Assembly: GCA_951406725.2 (NCBI GenBank)
Contig: OX597824.1
Location: 12,710,001 to 12,774,000, forward strand
Reading direction: 5' to 3'
Length of the DNA: 64,000 nucleotides
DNA from: Octopus vulgaris
Taxonomy: Eukaryota
Shown in pieces: positions 13,705-40,682 of the stretch (its first letter is position 1; each line of letters begins with the position of its first letter). Below the pieces are notes generated by a model. The model was not told the origin of the DNA. It ran no database searches and saw only the letters and a list, made by a program, of their open reading frames with translations. Made by a program: the position numbers and the translations under genes.

Positions 13705-14074
13705 CTTTCTTTTGGAATAATGTCTTCGGTACGTACAGCCAGTAGGGTCTTCCTATGTATTCCTCTCCTTACTTTACCAATCCTTCTAAAATCCATTCGG
13801 TTTTGCATACAAACACCATGGTTTCGGAACCCAAATAAAATCTAAAGATATCTCCAAATTGTTTTCGAAGTTCCTTCATCTTTAAATTAATATCTGTGGT
13901 TGTAGCCAACTGAGGTATATTTCCTATAATTGGAAAGGCTATTGGACCCGGGGGTAAATTGTAATTATATTTCGATCTAGTTATAAGCCATCGTGCTAGC
14001 AATAGAGTAACTACTCCAATCAGAAGACTTTGTATATTAATAGCTTCTACAAAATACGATGCTGAAACATCCAT
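13705..14074 (-). pseudogene. Duplicated CYP exon 1 (A') with an in-frame stop
   Basis: 370-nt paralogue of exon 1, offset 1345 bp from the exon 1 of copy A. AAA(K)->TAA at 13769-13771; the frame is otherwise open (..GEEYIGRPYWLYVPKTLFQKK) to a GTAAGT donor. Confidence 0.85.
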
Positions 14075-14451
14075 AATCCTATGTTATTGTTGCAATAATG
14101 TATTTGTATTTTCGTTAAGAGCCCAGCCTTCTTTAGACGAGTGTGGTTTACTACCTATATACAGGTTTGTGCAGGTAACAAAATAGTTATACTTGCAGTC
14201 AACTGAATATAAGTAGGTTAGGTGTTTAACAACAAAGTTGTATTCATAGTCTATTTCTGCAACCGAGGTCACTTTAAGTTCCAGCGCATGATTACTAAGC
14301 TCTTTAGATATCAATCTCAATCGTTGTTCCCAGGTTTTCACCATGTAAATCCAATTGTTTACAATAACTTTTGTTGGTGTTATATAATACCAATCAGCCT
14401 TGATTAAACAGAAATAATATAGATAAGCAGTTTGACATATTGTGTGTCCTA

Positions 14452-15699
14452 CAGGGGTTGGACAAAATAATGGAAACACCTAGCATGATAGCATCATAAT
14501 TTTGAAATATCTATAAAACTGTTAAAAGCTTGTTTATTTTTATGTTTTTTAAATTTTTTTTTCAATGCTGCTTAATATGTTTTGCTAAAATTGCTGCTTC
14601 TTTTCAGATATCATCAGAAAAAGGTAATTAGAATTCATTAAAATGATTTATCTATCGGACTTTCAAAGAGGTCAAATTGTTGGTGCTTGTAAGGCAGACG
14701 CTAGCGAAACGAAAACAACTGAGATGTTTGGTGTATCAGGAAGAACTGTCCCAAAAGTAATGACAGCCTTTGAGAAAGAGGGAAACGCTCCTCATCGAAA
14801 CAAAACTCCGGAAGAAAACCATAACTTTCAGATAGGGACCGAGGACTCTTACGCGAATTTTTAGAAACGAGCACTAAAGTACAGCTTCAAAATTACTGCA
14901 GAGCTTAATGACCACCTCCAGAACCTAGTTTCCACAAAACTGTTTATCTGAAGCTGCACAAAGCCAGATTTCACGGGAAGGCTGCAATCAGAAAACCGCT
15001 ACTTTCAAAAACAAACGTTGCAAAGCGTTTAGAGTGGAGTAAAAACCTACAGAATTGGTACCTACAGCAGTGGAATATTGCTATTTTCCCCAACGAGTCG
15101 TCCTTTACCTTTTTTCCGGCCACCGGCTGAGTATACGTGTGGAGACAGCCAAAAGAAGCATTCCAACTGTTAAACATGGAGGAGGATCTGTAATGATCTG
15201 GAGGGGGGGTCTATATCTTGGAAATCCGACGGCCCAATGGTTTCCTTTCATGGCAGAATTAATATTTAAGCATTTTATCTGATCAAATTCATCCTATGGT
15301 TGCAGAACTGCTTCCGGAGGGAAACACAATCTTTCAGGATGATAATGCACCAATTCACACAGCTAAAGTTGTTACTGAATGGCACGAGGAACATTCTAAT
15401 GAAGTTGAACATCGTACCTGGCCACCAAAGTCCCCAGATCTCAATATTATTGAACATTCATAGTGTATTTTAGAAAAACAAGTAAGGAGTCGATATCCTC
15501 CAACAATCATCACTACAAGAACTGGAGACTGTTTTAGCCGAAGAATGGACAAAAATTAATTTGGGAACAATTAAAACTTTGTACGAGTTCATAACTCGTA
15601 GAATTGAAGCTGTAATTACTGCCAAAGACGGTCCTACCCCATATTAAAGTAAATTTGTTTGAAATTTTATGGTGTTTCTATTATTTTTTCCAACCCCTG
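14452..15699 (+). mobile_element. Tc1-family transposon, both TIRs present, transposase degenerate
   Basis: ~29-bp TIRs CAGGGGTTGGACAAAATAATGGAAACACC / GGTGTTTCTATTATTTTTTCCAACCCCTG with TA on both sides. Motifs LSDFQRGQIVG, TVKHGGGSVMIW, IFQDDNAPIHTA and WPPKSPDLNIIE; frameshifted. Confidence 0.93.
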
Positions 15700-15866
15700 T
15701 ATGTCCCCTCTATGTTTAGCCCCTTGTGGGTAATAAAGAAACAGAGAATCTATTTGTACACTTTGAAGAAAAAAAATTCAGGGTGCCCTTGCAGCATGCC
15801 TGCTGTATATCTCGTCTGAAGAAAGGAAGGTTATATTGCATCTCTTATTCGATAAGATGTTATATT

Positions 15867-16205
15867 AAAGACCCCCTTCGGTCATGAGTGACCATGGGTT
15901 TGCACCTAGAGAGTTACCCTCTGAGGCACAAGTCTGGGCAAGGTTGTTTTTATGGAAGACCAGCAGTCGCCCATGCATACCGGCCTCCCCTCTCCACGCC
16001 ACCAGTGTTATCCAAGGGAAAGACAAAGGTCGATACAGCTTGGCACCAGTGACGTCGCAACTCATTTCTACAGCTGAGTGAACTTGAGCAACGTGAAATA
16101 AAGTGCCTTGCTCGAGAACACAACACGCAGCCCGGTCCGGGATTCGAACTCACAACCTCACGATCGTAAGCTCGACGCTCTAACCACTGAGCCATGCGCC
16201 TCCAC
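15867..16205 (-). mobile_element. tRNA-derived SINE, family C
   Basis: The minus strand begins ggaggcgcaTGGCTCAGTGGttagagc..gaGTTCGAATCccgg (Pol III A and B boxes), then a non-tRNA body (ctcgagcaaggcacttt..). Confidence 0.82.
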
Positions 16206-16484
16206 TGTTATATTAACCTCCACTTTTAGGAATTAATTCTGTCTTTAATCTATAAACGGAGGAATCAGATTCATGCTTCGAGTGACTGGAGATCTATACG
16301 AAATATTTCATCATTTTTGAAGAGAACACTTATGAAGGAGCTTTTGTCTTAATCCTTTCCATTTCAGTTTCATAAACAAAATACCCGTTTCTGATTTTCA
16401 TCAAAACCTGAGGATGCAAGAAAAGCTGGGGCTGCTGATTCTCAATTCTGTCAAGATATTCCACCTTATGCACCTTGTAACTTT

Positions 16485-16575
<91 letters not shown>

Positions 16576-16730
16576 GAACCCACGCACACACGCACGCACG
16601 CACACACACACACACACGCACGCACGAACCCACGCACACACGCACGCACGCACACACACACGCACGCACGCACGCACCCACACGCGTCCACACACACACA
16701 CACACACGCACGCACACGCACGCACACACA

Positions 16731-16762
<32 letters not shown>

Positions 16763-16843
16763 CGCACACGCACACACACACACACACACACACACGCACG
16801 CACACACACGCGTCCACACACACACACACACACACACACGCAC
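16485..16843. repeat. (CA)n/(CACG)n microsatellite
   Basis: Direct inspection. Confidence 0.95.
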
Positions 16844-17324
16844 ATGAATATATGCATGTGTGCGTCCCTGTGCGTATTGTGTGTGTTTGTATGCGCACGC
16901 CTGTGGGTTAAGTAAAATGTTGTAATGCGCACTCACACGTATACATGTTTACATACATGCATGTATTCTTTCTTTTGCGTTTCTCTTACTATTCCTGACA
17001 ATTTTCGACTTCGAAATTATATTTCCCTAGCTGAGCTAAACTGTTAGGACCTAACGCTGATTTTAAATCCGAGTTATATCGCCCCAAATGTGATACGAGT
17101 CTCATTTTGAGGGCTAGAGTGTCACTGTAAGATCTTCATGTAGAATAAAAACATAACTCCTTTTAATTTCATTAATTAATTTTTCTAAAGCGCAATTGTT
17201 TATTTAGAATGGCATTTTATTTGCCTTAGTTACTGAGTTTGGCGTACTGTAGTTTTAAATTTTTTTGTGCGTTGTATACAATGTATGCCTTTCTCTATTA
17301 ACCCTCAGCCGTCTAGCACATACC

Positions 17325-17395
<71 letters not shown>

Positions 17396-19038
17396 TGTGT
17401 GTGTATGTAGAGATAGAGAGAGGTTATGAGAAGTAATGGTGTCAGTGAGACCCAAAGGTGTCAGGTAATGCTGAGTAAGTGCTATGGATAGACCATAGTT
17501 AAGTTCCAGGTTTGGTGATTATGCGAATAAGGGGTCCAACGTGTGTATATAAATTTTTTTTTCCCGTAATGAGATAAAAAACCAAGGCTGTGTAGATTTT
17601 AGAACGTTTATAAATAGAAGATCGTACAGCTGTTTCTAGGATATTTATTTTATCCCTTCATCGGAGACGGTGTGAGAGGATGGTTAAGCAATAGTTAATT
17701 TAGATAAGATACGAAATAGAGAGTGAAGTGGAGGAATGAAAATAGATGTGAGATACGCAGGGATATTGTATTTATAGATCCATTATTTGGGCAGAATGGT
17801 ATACATATAAGATTCCAATACCTTATGAGCAAAATCAATAGTATTTAAAATTGGTCATTCCAAGTTTAGAGTTTATAGCCTCATATTGTCGTTCATTGCT
17901 CGAAATGCGGAGTAGATGAACAGCCGACAACTGATGAAGGGTCGTTCTTTAAGTTACTTGTCTTGTTTTCCATTTCTTTCTCTCGTTGCTCGCATACCCA
18001 AGTTTTCCTCCGTATTTCATGTTGCTTTCGTATTTCATGTTAATTTTTTAGTAAGATTTTAGTCTGTTCAAATATATAGTATGAATTTTATATTCAAACA
18101 TAATATTTGCCTCTATGTGTCCATCTCTCCCACTATATCCCAGGAAAAAGTACCAAATATGGGGACGTTATCTGGAATAAGCCATAATCTAATCAAAGGT
18201 ATCATAGGTGGCAATAAAAAAATCATTTTAAGAATTGCGATGTGCTTTAGATTGTGCTCATTACAGCTTTGACAATCACCAACTATCTTAAACACTCTCC
18301 TTATGGGTGTTATGTCCACGATTCCTTAACAACCGGAAGGAATCTCTCTCTTACTTACTTGTAACATTTTCTTACTCACAGACCTGACAACTGATCTCTG
18401 AATGTATAGAATCTATATTTGCAAACTGTTAAAAATGTTATCCAAAGCGATGGCGATTAAAGGCAGCATGGGTTTCATCGTGTTTTGTTCATTTGGGAAT
18501 TAGTGACAGGGTTCGACACAGGACACATGAAAAAAAACCCACTGCAATTCTGCTTCATCTTTCAGTATTTTCTGTCAGGCAAATCCTGCAACATTCTCTC
18601 CACGATCTCCAGAGCACGTTCGGCGTTATTGTACATTCGCTCCAGACAATCACCGAGCATCTAAGAAGCTTCACGCGGTTCTCTAATACCTGATAATTTT
18701 GCAATTCACTGAAACCTTTTTGTGCCACGTCTACTAGAAACTGAAAGTAGATAAAACAGTCACAGACCCAGGAAGGTCTATAACTGTATTATCTAAAGTA
18801 GAAACAGAGATAGTTTTGATTTTTATGTTGACAGATTTTGGTAAAGGAAATACTTATAAAGAACGTCATTCTCGTTCCAGTAGGATCCCCAAGGAAGCAC
18901 ATACCAGTCCCATGTTGCTGAAACTTTTTCAAAAATAACAGAAAAGACAGCCTTTTGGTGTGCATTTCGACGATTTATATTAAGTCTGAAATTAGGTTAA
19001 TAAAGAAAACTGTGACTCAAAGAAAATAATACTGGAGC

Positions 19039-19044
19039 TTTATT
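19039..19044 (-). promoter_or_regulatory. Candidate polyadenylation signal of CYP copy B
   Basis: AATAAA ~270 nt after the stop codon; conserved in C (41756-41761) and D (58850-58855). Confidence 0.5.
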
Positions 19045-19314
19045 GATTAAATTAAACATTGCAACTATCATATGACTTATAATTTTATGAAGTTTATGAG
19101 TAGATACTACTGCACACATGTTATGTATTGTAGCATGTAGGTCAATGTAGTACCACTAATGAACAGAAATTTATGTAATTTCGTTAAATACCATTTAAAA
19201 AATAACAGCATTCTATAAGAATTTGATACCTTTGTACATCAAAGTGATATACTTTCAACTGTACAGCCAGTGAACTGTGAAGTGTTGTCCTCAAATATAT
19301 AATACAAATATATC

Positions 19315-30972
<11,658 letters not shown>

Positions 30973-32909
30973 AATCCTATGTTATTGTTGCAATAATGTA
31001 TCTGTATTTTCGTTAAGATCCCAACCTTCTTTAGGACGAGTGTGGTTTGCTTCCGATACACAAATCTGTGCAGATAATAAAATAGTTATGCTTGAAGTCA
31101 ACCGAATATAAATAGGCTAGTAGTCTTGCAACAGGGTTGCATACAAAATCTGTGTCTATAAGAGAGGTCACTTTAAATTGAAGCGCATAAGTATTAAGTT
31201 CACTATATACTCATGTTGTTTTCCCGCCTGCGGTTTGGCTGGAATAGATCATTAACCTATCAATATCACCAAGTAACTACTTGTTTACAATAACTTTTTG
31301 TTGGTGTTATATAGTTGCAAGTTAGACTTGATTAGACAGACAGGACATAGGGAAGTAGTTTGACATACTGCATGTCATATGTGAGGAGATTTTGCAGGTC
31401 CAGTGTCAGACTAAATTTGTGGCAATACTGTTTGGGTCCCGCGTTTTCAAAGACCATACTTTAAATATGAATAATCTATCCATTCCAAATCAGTGACTCT
31501 GTGCATCATCAACAACAAGAACAACAAAATCAGTAAATGCTGGAAGAACACCAATGCCAGCAGCAACTACAACACCAGCAACAACGGCAACAGTAACACC
31601 AACAATACCAACATCTGCAGCAGATGCACCGGCACCGCTTTCAAAAGCAGAAAGAATAAGAACGGGTACAGACCACATCCATTGGTTTTCCTAGCGGAGC
31701 GCTCTCTCACTCCCTCCTCCTCTAAGTCTCCTCTAAACTCAAATATATACATTGACTTGTACCTTAGTTCCACAGATAAGGTTACCTCTGCATAACGCAG
31801 TGAGAATGAAGGGCACCCCCAAAAACCAAATAAGAAAATAAATTAGAGCACAATAAACTTCATGCCCCACACCAAAAACATGGAAAGCACAGCCACAATA
31901 TTTACAGACACGCCTACCTCAAACACCCTAGCACCACAAGAGATCCACCGCTATCACAACCATTACTCCCACAAATGCAACAACCTAGAGAAAGAAAATA
32001 CCCTCAACAGCAACAAACACTAAACATAACCACAAAACTTTGTGCTAGTGAGGAGGACGAACAAAGAACTGAGGCTCTCATAGCACGAAGGGATGACATC
32101 GAGTCAGGTGTGACCTTCGGCACCAGCACCGTTCAGATGCAAACCTTACGACGTGTAAAAGCTACGATTAGGCTTTTAAGTGAGGCTCCCGAAGGAACTT
32201 CTTCGGTTGAACCTCTTGAACTTCGGTTGAATCACCTTGCCCGGAGGGCACGTCCCGCTTTCTCTCTTCTACAAACGGTTTCCTGTCATCGTGGTGGGTT
32301 TAACAGTGGTTTGTAGAGTTTAACAGTGGTTCGTGGGCTGGAAGCAAGGTCGCTGCTCAAGGCCCTCGGGCCATTATCTATGTACGTCACGGCCGTCAGT
32401 GACAGCATGTTTTCTAAAATATTCACTACGTCAACTCGTGTGCGTTTCTAACTTTAAAGGTTCCGCTCCGTTTAAAGATAAAAACTATCGTAAACAATAA
32501 AAAAGTAAATATGTAAAGTATTATTACTTTTAAAAACAGTAATAATGAAGTGGCTCGCTAGACTTCTACCTAAAAAGGTATAATATAAAATATTTGAAGA
32601 AAAGAAAGGCAAAGATACTGCTTGCTAAAAATCAAACGAAAGCTTCAAAAAACCACCAATTCTACTACAAATACACACACGAGCAATGTAATGAATATTT
32701 TTAAAAATAGGCCCACCTTCAGGATGGAATATGAAGGCAGCTAATACTTATCCCAATATCAATATCAATATATATATATGTATAACTTAAATTATTTAAA
32801 TAATTTCTTTTTTTTAGCTTTTATATTTTTATATTAATTTTATGTAGTGGCTTATGTTTTTCACTGTTTGATTTGCCTAATAGTGGTTTTATCTCTAATT
32901 TAATATAAT

Positions 32910-32953
<44 letters not shown>

Positions 32954-33329
32954 TGTTATATTTCGGAATGGTCATTTTGCCAGTTTAGCCAATAAAAACA
33001 CACGCACTATATATTTGGTGTTACTTTGCTTCAGTGTGATTTATTTTTTACATTAATCTTAATCTTATTTCGGCCAGAGTTCTTTCGTCACACTCCTGTG
33101 ACCGCATCAGTGGTCCTTTGTTTGTTTTCTTCTTACTTATTTGTGTCTCTCCTTACTAACCGTCAGCCATTTTGTATTTCTATTGTATGTCTTCATTTGC
33201 GCATGCTTATATCTCTATGTGCATTTATGTTTATTTAGTGTGTGTATGTGGGGGATGCCTGTAATATTTGTATCTTCTGTTTATATACATTCATGTAATT
33301 TGTAATTTTATATGTTCATGTAATTTGTA

Positions 33330-33512
33330 TTTTTTTTGTTTTTTTTTGTATTTTTTTGTATTTTGTATTTTTCTTTGTTTTTGTTGTTTTTGTTTATTGT
33401 TATTTTGTTCATGTGTTTACATCCACCCATTATTATCATTACATATGCTTGTATGTATGTATGTATGCATCACAACAATACTAGTAATAATAATAATAAT
33501 AAATTGAATCGT

Positions 33513-33564
<52 letters not shown>

Positions 33565-33575
33565 ATATATATGTG

Positions 33576-33621
<46 letters not shown>

Positions 33622-33800
33622 AGTAACGATTCAATTTATTATTATTATTACTAGTATTGTTGTTATACATACATACAAGGATATGTAATGATAATAATGG
33701 GTGGATGTAAACACATGAACAAAATAACAATAAACAAAAACAACAAAAACTAAAAAAAATACAAAATACAAAAAAAAAAAAACAAAAACAAAAAAAAAAA
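33330..33800. repeat. Inverted duplication (~170-bp arms) around an (AT)n tract
   Basis: ..ttgttcatgtgtttacatccacccattattatc..aaattgaatcgtta (to 33514) mirrors taacgattcaattt..gataataatgggtggatgtaaacacatgaacaa (from 33624). Confidence 0.88.
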
Positions 33801-34094
33801 AAAACAATAAAAACCAAAAAAGAGTATAATTCGGCAGGAGGACTTAAACGACATGCAAAGGTACATGAAGCCCAGTTACAACTGCAGCCGGCTATTACCG
33901 GTAAAGGCTTTAGTTACCAATTCTGTACAAGGCAGTGTAGATCTTTGGCTGGGCTAAAAAGTCACATTCGATCACAGCACCAGTAACAGTTAAGCTTCGT
34001 GCAATGGCCATACTCGATAACGAGGGGGCAGCCATAATATATATGTGTAAGTATATGTATGTATATATGTGTATAGACACACACACACATATAT

Positions 34095-34310
34095 TCTCTT
34101 TTCTCTTCCTCTTTTACTTGTTTCAGTCATTTGACTGCGGCCATACTGGAGCACCGCCTTTAGTCGAGCAAATCGACCCCGGAACTTATTCTTTGTAAGC
34201 CCAGAACTTATTATATCGGTCTCTTTTGCCGAACCGCTAAGTGACGGGGACGTAAACACTCCAGCATCGGTTTTCATGCAATGCTAGGGGGACAAACACA
34301 GACACACACT
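34095..34310 (-). mobile_element. SINE family B, 3' half
   Basis: Reverse complement of ~55910-56105. Confidence 0.85.
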
Positions 34311-34349
34311 TATATATATATATATATATATAGGCGCAGGAGTGTGGTT

Positions 34350-35512
34350 GCAAACTTGGAGTGTGGTTGCATGACTTCCTGAAAGATAGGAATCAGGCAG
34401 TAGTGGTTAATGGAGCCACCTCTATGAACACACAAATAGTGAGCGGTGTTCCACAGGGCGCTGTCTTGGGACCACTGCTTTTTATAGTGGCCCTATCAGA
34501 TATGCCCTCAAATGCCCGGATAGCCACTCTGGCCAGCTATGCAGATGATACGAAAGTCTCGCAGAAAATACAGAACCCCAGCGATGTTGCACACCTGCAG
34601 CAGGAGTTGGACTCAATCTACAGATGGGCTGAGGATAATAATATGCAGTTTAATGCTGAAAAATTCCAGGCCCTGCGCAACCAGCATCCAAAACTGAATA
34701 TTAAACTTACAGGATACACCGGTCCACAGGGAATTTCAATCCCAGAGCCTAAGTCTGTGAGGGACCTGGGTATCGACATGAGTGATGATACCTCTTTCCA
34801 AGTGCACATTACCAGGATGGCGACTAAGTGCAGACGACTGCCTGGGTGGATCCTAAGAACATTCAGAACCAGAGATAAGGAAACCATGATGGTCCTCTGG
34901 CGGACATTCGTCCTCAGTCGCCTGGATTACTGCTCACAGCTATGGTCACCCACCAGTGTAAAATTAACAGCGGACCTTGAAGCAATCCAGAGAAGAATAA
35001 CAAAGAAGATCGTCTCTTTGCAACAGCTCAGCTACTGGGAAAGGTTGAAACAGCTAAGACTCTACTCCCTGGAGAGAAGACGGGAGAGGTATGCAGTAAT
35101 ATATGTCTGAAAGATCCTGGAAGGAATTGTGCCAAATTTTGGCATTGTAAGCTACACCAATGCTAGAACGGGACGACACTGCATAGTGCCAAAGATCCCA
35201 GCAATGCCATCACGCTTCAGGACAAGCTTCTGCAACAGCCTGGGTTTCAAGGGCCCACAGCTTTTTAATATTCTCCCAAAGAGTCTGAGGAACTTGCACA
35301 AACTAGATGTAGCAGTTTTTAAATCAAAGCTGGACATCTTCCTGTCAAGAGTCCCAGATGAACCTACCTCACGGCAAGAGGTGCAAATGAGAGTAGCTGT
35401 ATCAAACTCCATTCTTCACCAAGTGCCACATATTAGTCGAGGTTTGTCGTAATAACAGTGTAGCACAAAACGGCGGTGCATCAGCATGACCGCAGCTCTG
35501 AGCTGAAACTAG

Positions 35513-35527
<15 letters not shown>
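34350..35527 (+). mobile_element. 5'-truncated CR1-group LINE (RT C-terminal half + 3' tail)
   Basis: ORF 34361-35110 has SGVPQGAVLGPLLF, YADD, LDYCSQLWSP and LYSLERRRERY. After one in-frame TGA it continues to 35452 (FKSKLDIFL..VPDEP); A-rich tail. Confidence 0.92.
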
Positions 35528-35551
<24 letters not shown>

Positions 35552-35820
35552 TTTTTAAGACTTCAAAAGCCGCTAATGAGAGATTTCAGTAACTGATCGT
35601 CAAACAATACGACGATCGTTTACGTGAAACTCAAATTTCATTTTGCGAAGTAATTTTAGCTTCAATAAATCGCTATGTCACTCTTCCTTTGGTATTCGAG
35701 GATAATTTTCTCAACAAATACTTCAAACACACCCAATTTTCTCAACCTTGTTTTGCACCTGAGTGCACTCATGTGTACATCTCAAGCACTTTCCCTCTCT
35801 TTCTCTCTCCCCCTCTCCCC

Positions 35821-35855
<35 letters not shown>

Positions 35856-36025
35856 TCGCCATGCTTGACCGCTAAATCTGCAGATTATTTTCGATTCTCT
35901 CTCTCTGTTTATTTTCCCTCATACATTTCTGTCGAAGAGCGAATGCTCGAAACGTAAAACACTTTTTCATTTTTCCGAACGTCAAACTAATACACCTGCA
36001 TGTTCCTCATACAACTGTTTTCGTC

Positions 36026-36062
<37 letters not shown>

Positions 36063-36079
36063 CGTGTGTGTGTGTGTGT

Positions 36080-37903
<1,824 letters not shown>

Positions 37904-38096
37904 CAGGTTAGTTTACCATTAATCAGCAGATGAAACGGTATATCGTATAAGAAATTACAGGGTAAATGTTTTTTAAATTTTCTCCTGGTTTACTGAATTA
38001 ACTTTTATTTGCGGTTGAAGCTTTGGCTGTTATTTCTAGTGGGTGAATGGCCTATTATGGCCGTTCCTTTATTGTTGATATATATATATATATATA

Positions 38097-38414
38097 TAAC
38101 CGCTCAGTCGAAGTCGACTTTCGGTTACTCGATGGATCAGTGTCTTCCAGTCAGTTCTATCCTGGGCCGCTTCTTTCAGATTGGCTATGTCCATTCCGGT
38201 ATCACTCTTGATGGTGTCAAGCCAGCGGGTTCTTGGTCGGCTTCTTCCTCTCTTTCCACTGACCATTCCGAGCCTGATGTCCTTCTCCAGGGAATTTCTC
38301 CGCATAATATGACAAAAATATGCCAATCTATGCTTGGTGATCCTAGCTTCTAGTGACATTTTCGGTCTGATCTGCTTAAGAACTTCTGCATTGGTGAGTC
38401 TCACTGTTCATGGA

Positions 38415-38415
<1 letters not shown>
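38097..38415 (-). mobile_element. RTE-clade LINE 3' fragment
   Basis: TNAEVL..RLAYFCHIMRR..SLEKDIRLGMVSGKRGRSRPRTRWLD..AAQDRTDWKTLIHRVT, typical of the RTE/BovB C-terminus. Confidence 0.88.
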
Positions 38416-38509
<94 letters not shown>

Positions 38510-38510
38510 A

Positions 38511-38568
<58 letters not shown>

Positions 38569-38571
38569 ATT

Positions 38572-38605
<34 letters not shown>

Positions 38606-38830
38606 TATATATATATATACATATATGTATATATATATACATATATATATGTGTGGGTGTATAAAATGCATGTATATATTTGTGGAGCAGTGGGCATGAA
38701 TGTGTGTGCATGTGTGAGTATGTATGTATGTATGTATGCATTTATGTATGTATGTATGTATGTATGTATGTATGCATTTATGTATTATGTATGTATGTAT
38801 GCATGTATGTATGTGGCTCTAAACAGTGCG

Positions 38831-39600
38831 TGTGTATATAGTCTGTTTATTCGTGTTGTGTGCTTGTGTATTGCGTGCGATTTTATGAGTGAATATTGTG
38901 TGTCGTGGGGGACTGCATGGAAGTGAAAAGTGTGTGGTGAGTGGGAATGTGTGTGTGGTTGTGAATACACACAAACACACACTTATATATATATATACAT
39001 ATATACACATATACATATGTTTGTGTGTGATCGTGTATGTATGTATATGTGTCAATAAAGTGAACAAGGCGAATAATTAGCACCAATATTGCTGGAAATA
39101 GTAGTGAAAACAACTCAATAGTCACAAAAAGTACTATCATAATGAGCTGATAAGGGAGGAAAGCCCCTACGGTCGCAGATTAAGCTAGACCATCGATAAT
39201 TTTACATTTTAGTCCTTACGCACATTAATGCTCATCAGTGGCTCTCACCGCGCCTAGGTTTAAACACATCTCACCCTGTCAGCTCATAAGATTTCCGTTG
39301 AAATCAAATATTGATTCCATAAACGGTAGTGTGAGAATAATAAATAATATGGCTGGCTTAAAATCTAAAGGGAGAAATATATACGTCACTCAAGTGAACA
39401 AGCACACTAATCAGCATCAGTATTGCTAGAAATAAGAGTCAAAATAAGTCAAAAGCCACAAGAAGCACTACTTTAATGAGCTGACAAGGGAGACAAACCT
39501 CATACGGTCATAATTTTAGCAATAATGGTGCTGATTAGTCCCCTTGTTCACTTTAGTGACATGTGTCTGCCTTTAGGTTGTAAAATTGCGACTTAGCCAC

Positions 39601-39645
<45 letters not shown>

Positions 39646-39705
39646 TAAATATATATATATTATTATTATTATTTTATGATTATTATCATTATTATTATTA
39701 TATAT

Positions 39706-39743
<38 letters not shown>

Positions 39744-40527
39744 GGTGGCTAAGTCGCAATTTTACAACCTAAAGGCAGACACATGTCACTAGAGTGAACA
39801 AAGGCACTAATCATCACCATTGTTGCTAAAAATATGACCGTAGGAGGTTTGTCTCCCTTGTCAGCTCATTAAAGTAGTGCTTCTTGTGGCTTTTGACTTA
39901 TTTTGACTCTTATTTCTAGCAATACTGGTGCTGATTAGTGTGCTTGTTCACTTAAGTGACATATATATTTCTCCCTTTAGATTTTAAGCCAGCCATATTA
40001 TTTATTATTCTCACACTACCGTTTATGGAATCAATATTTGATTTCAGCGGAAATCTTATGAGCTGACAGGGTGAGATGTGTTTAAACCTAGGCGCGGTGA
40101 GAGCCACCGATGAGCATTAACGTGCGTAAGGACTAAAATGTAAAATTATCGATGATCTAGCTTAATCTGCGACCGTAGGGGGCTTTCCTTATCAGCTCAT
40201 TATGATAGTACTTTTTGTGACTATTAAGTTGTTTTCACTACTATTTCCAGCAATATTGGTGCTAATTATTCGCCTTGTTCACTTTAGTGACACACACACA
40301 CACACACACATACGCACACACACACACGCACACACACACACATGTATATGTGTATATATGTATATATATATATAAGTGTGTGTTTGTGTGTATTCACAAT
40401 CACACACACATTCCCACTCACCACACACTTTTCACTTCCATACATTTCCACACGACACACAACATTCAATCATAAAATCGCACGCAATACACAAGCACAC
40501 AACACGAAAAAGCAGACTATATACACA
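38831..40527. repeat. ~1.7-kb imperfect palindrome (~780-bp arms, AT-rich spacer)
   Basis: 38831-39606 is the reverse complement of ~39739-40527; the spacer is (TA)n/(TAT)n. A single-arm paralogue lies at ~56880-57660. Confidence 0.92.
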
Positions 40528-40648
40528 CTTCGTGTGTGGAAATATACATCCATCAATCCATCCATCCATATATACATACATACATCCATCCATCTATCCA
40601 TCCATATATACATACATACATACATACATACATACATACATACATGCA

Positions 40649-40682
<34 letters not shown>

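Larger units (their letters stand above)
11973..14660. repeat. Tandem duplication, ~1345-bp unit (start of intron 1 + exon 1 + proximal upstream region + Tc1 left end)
   Basis: tccacccgttttgtgaatagcg recurs at ~11973 and ~13317. The ATGs lie at 12729 and 14074. The Tc1 left TIR occurs at both 13108 and 14452. Confidence 0.92.

Noticed and set aside
16130-16205. tRNA gene
   Set aside because: A and B boxes are present, but the acceptor and anticodon stems do not close and the sequence runs into a SINE body.
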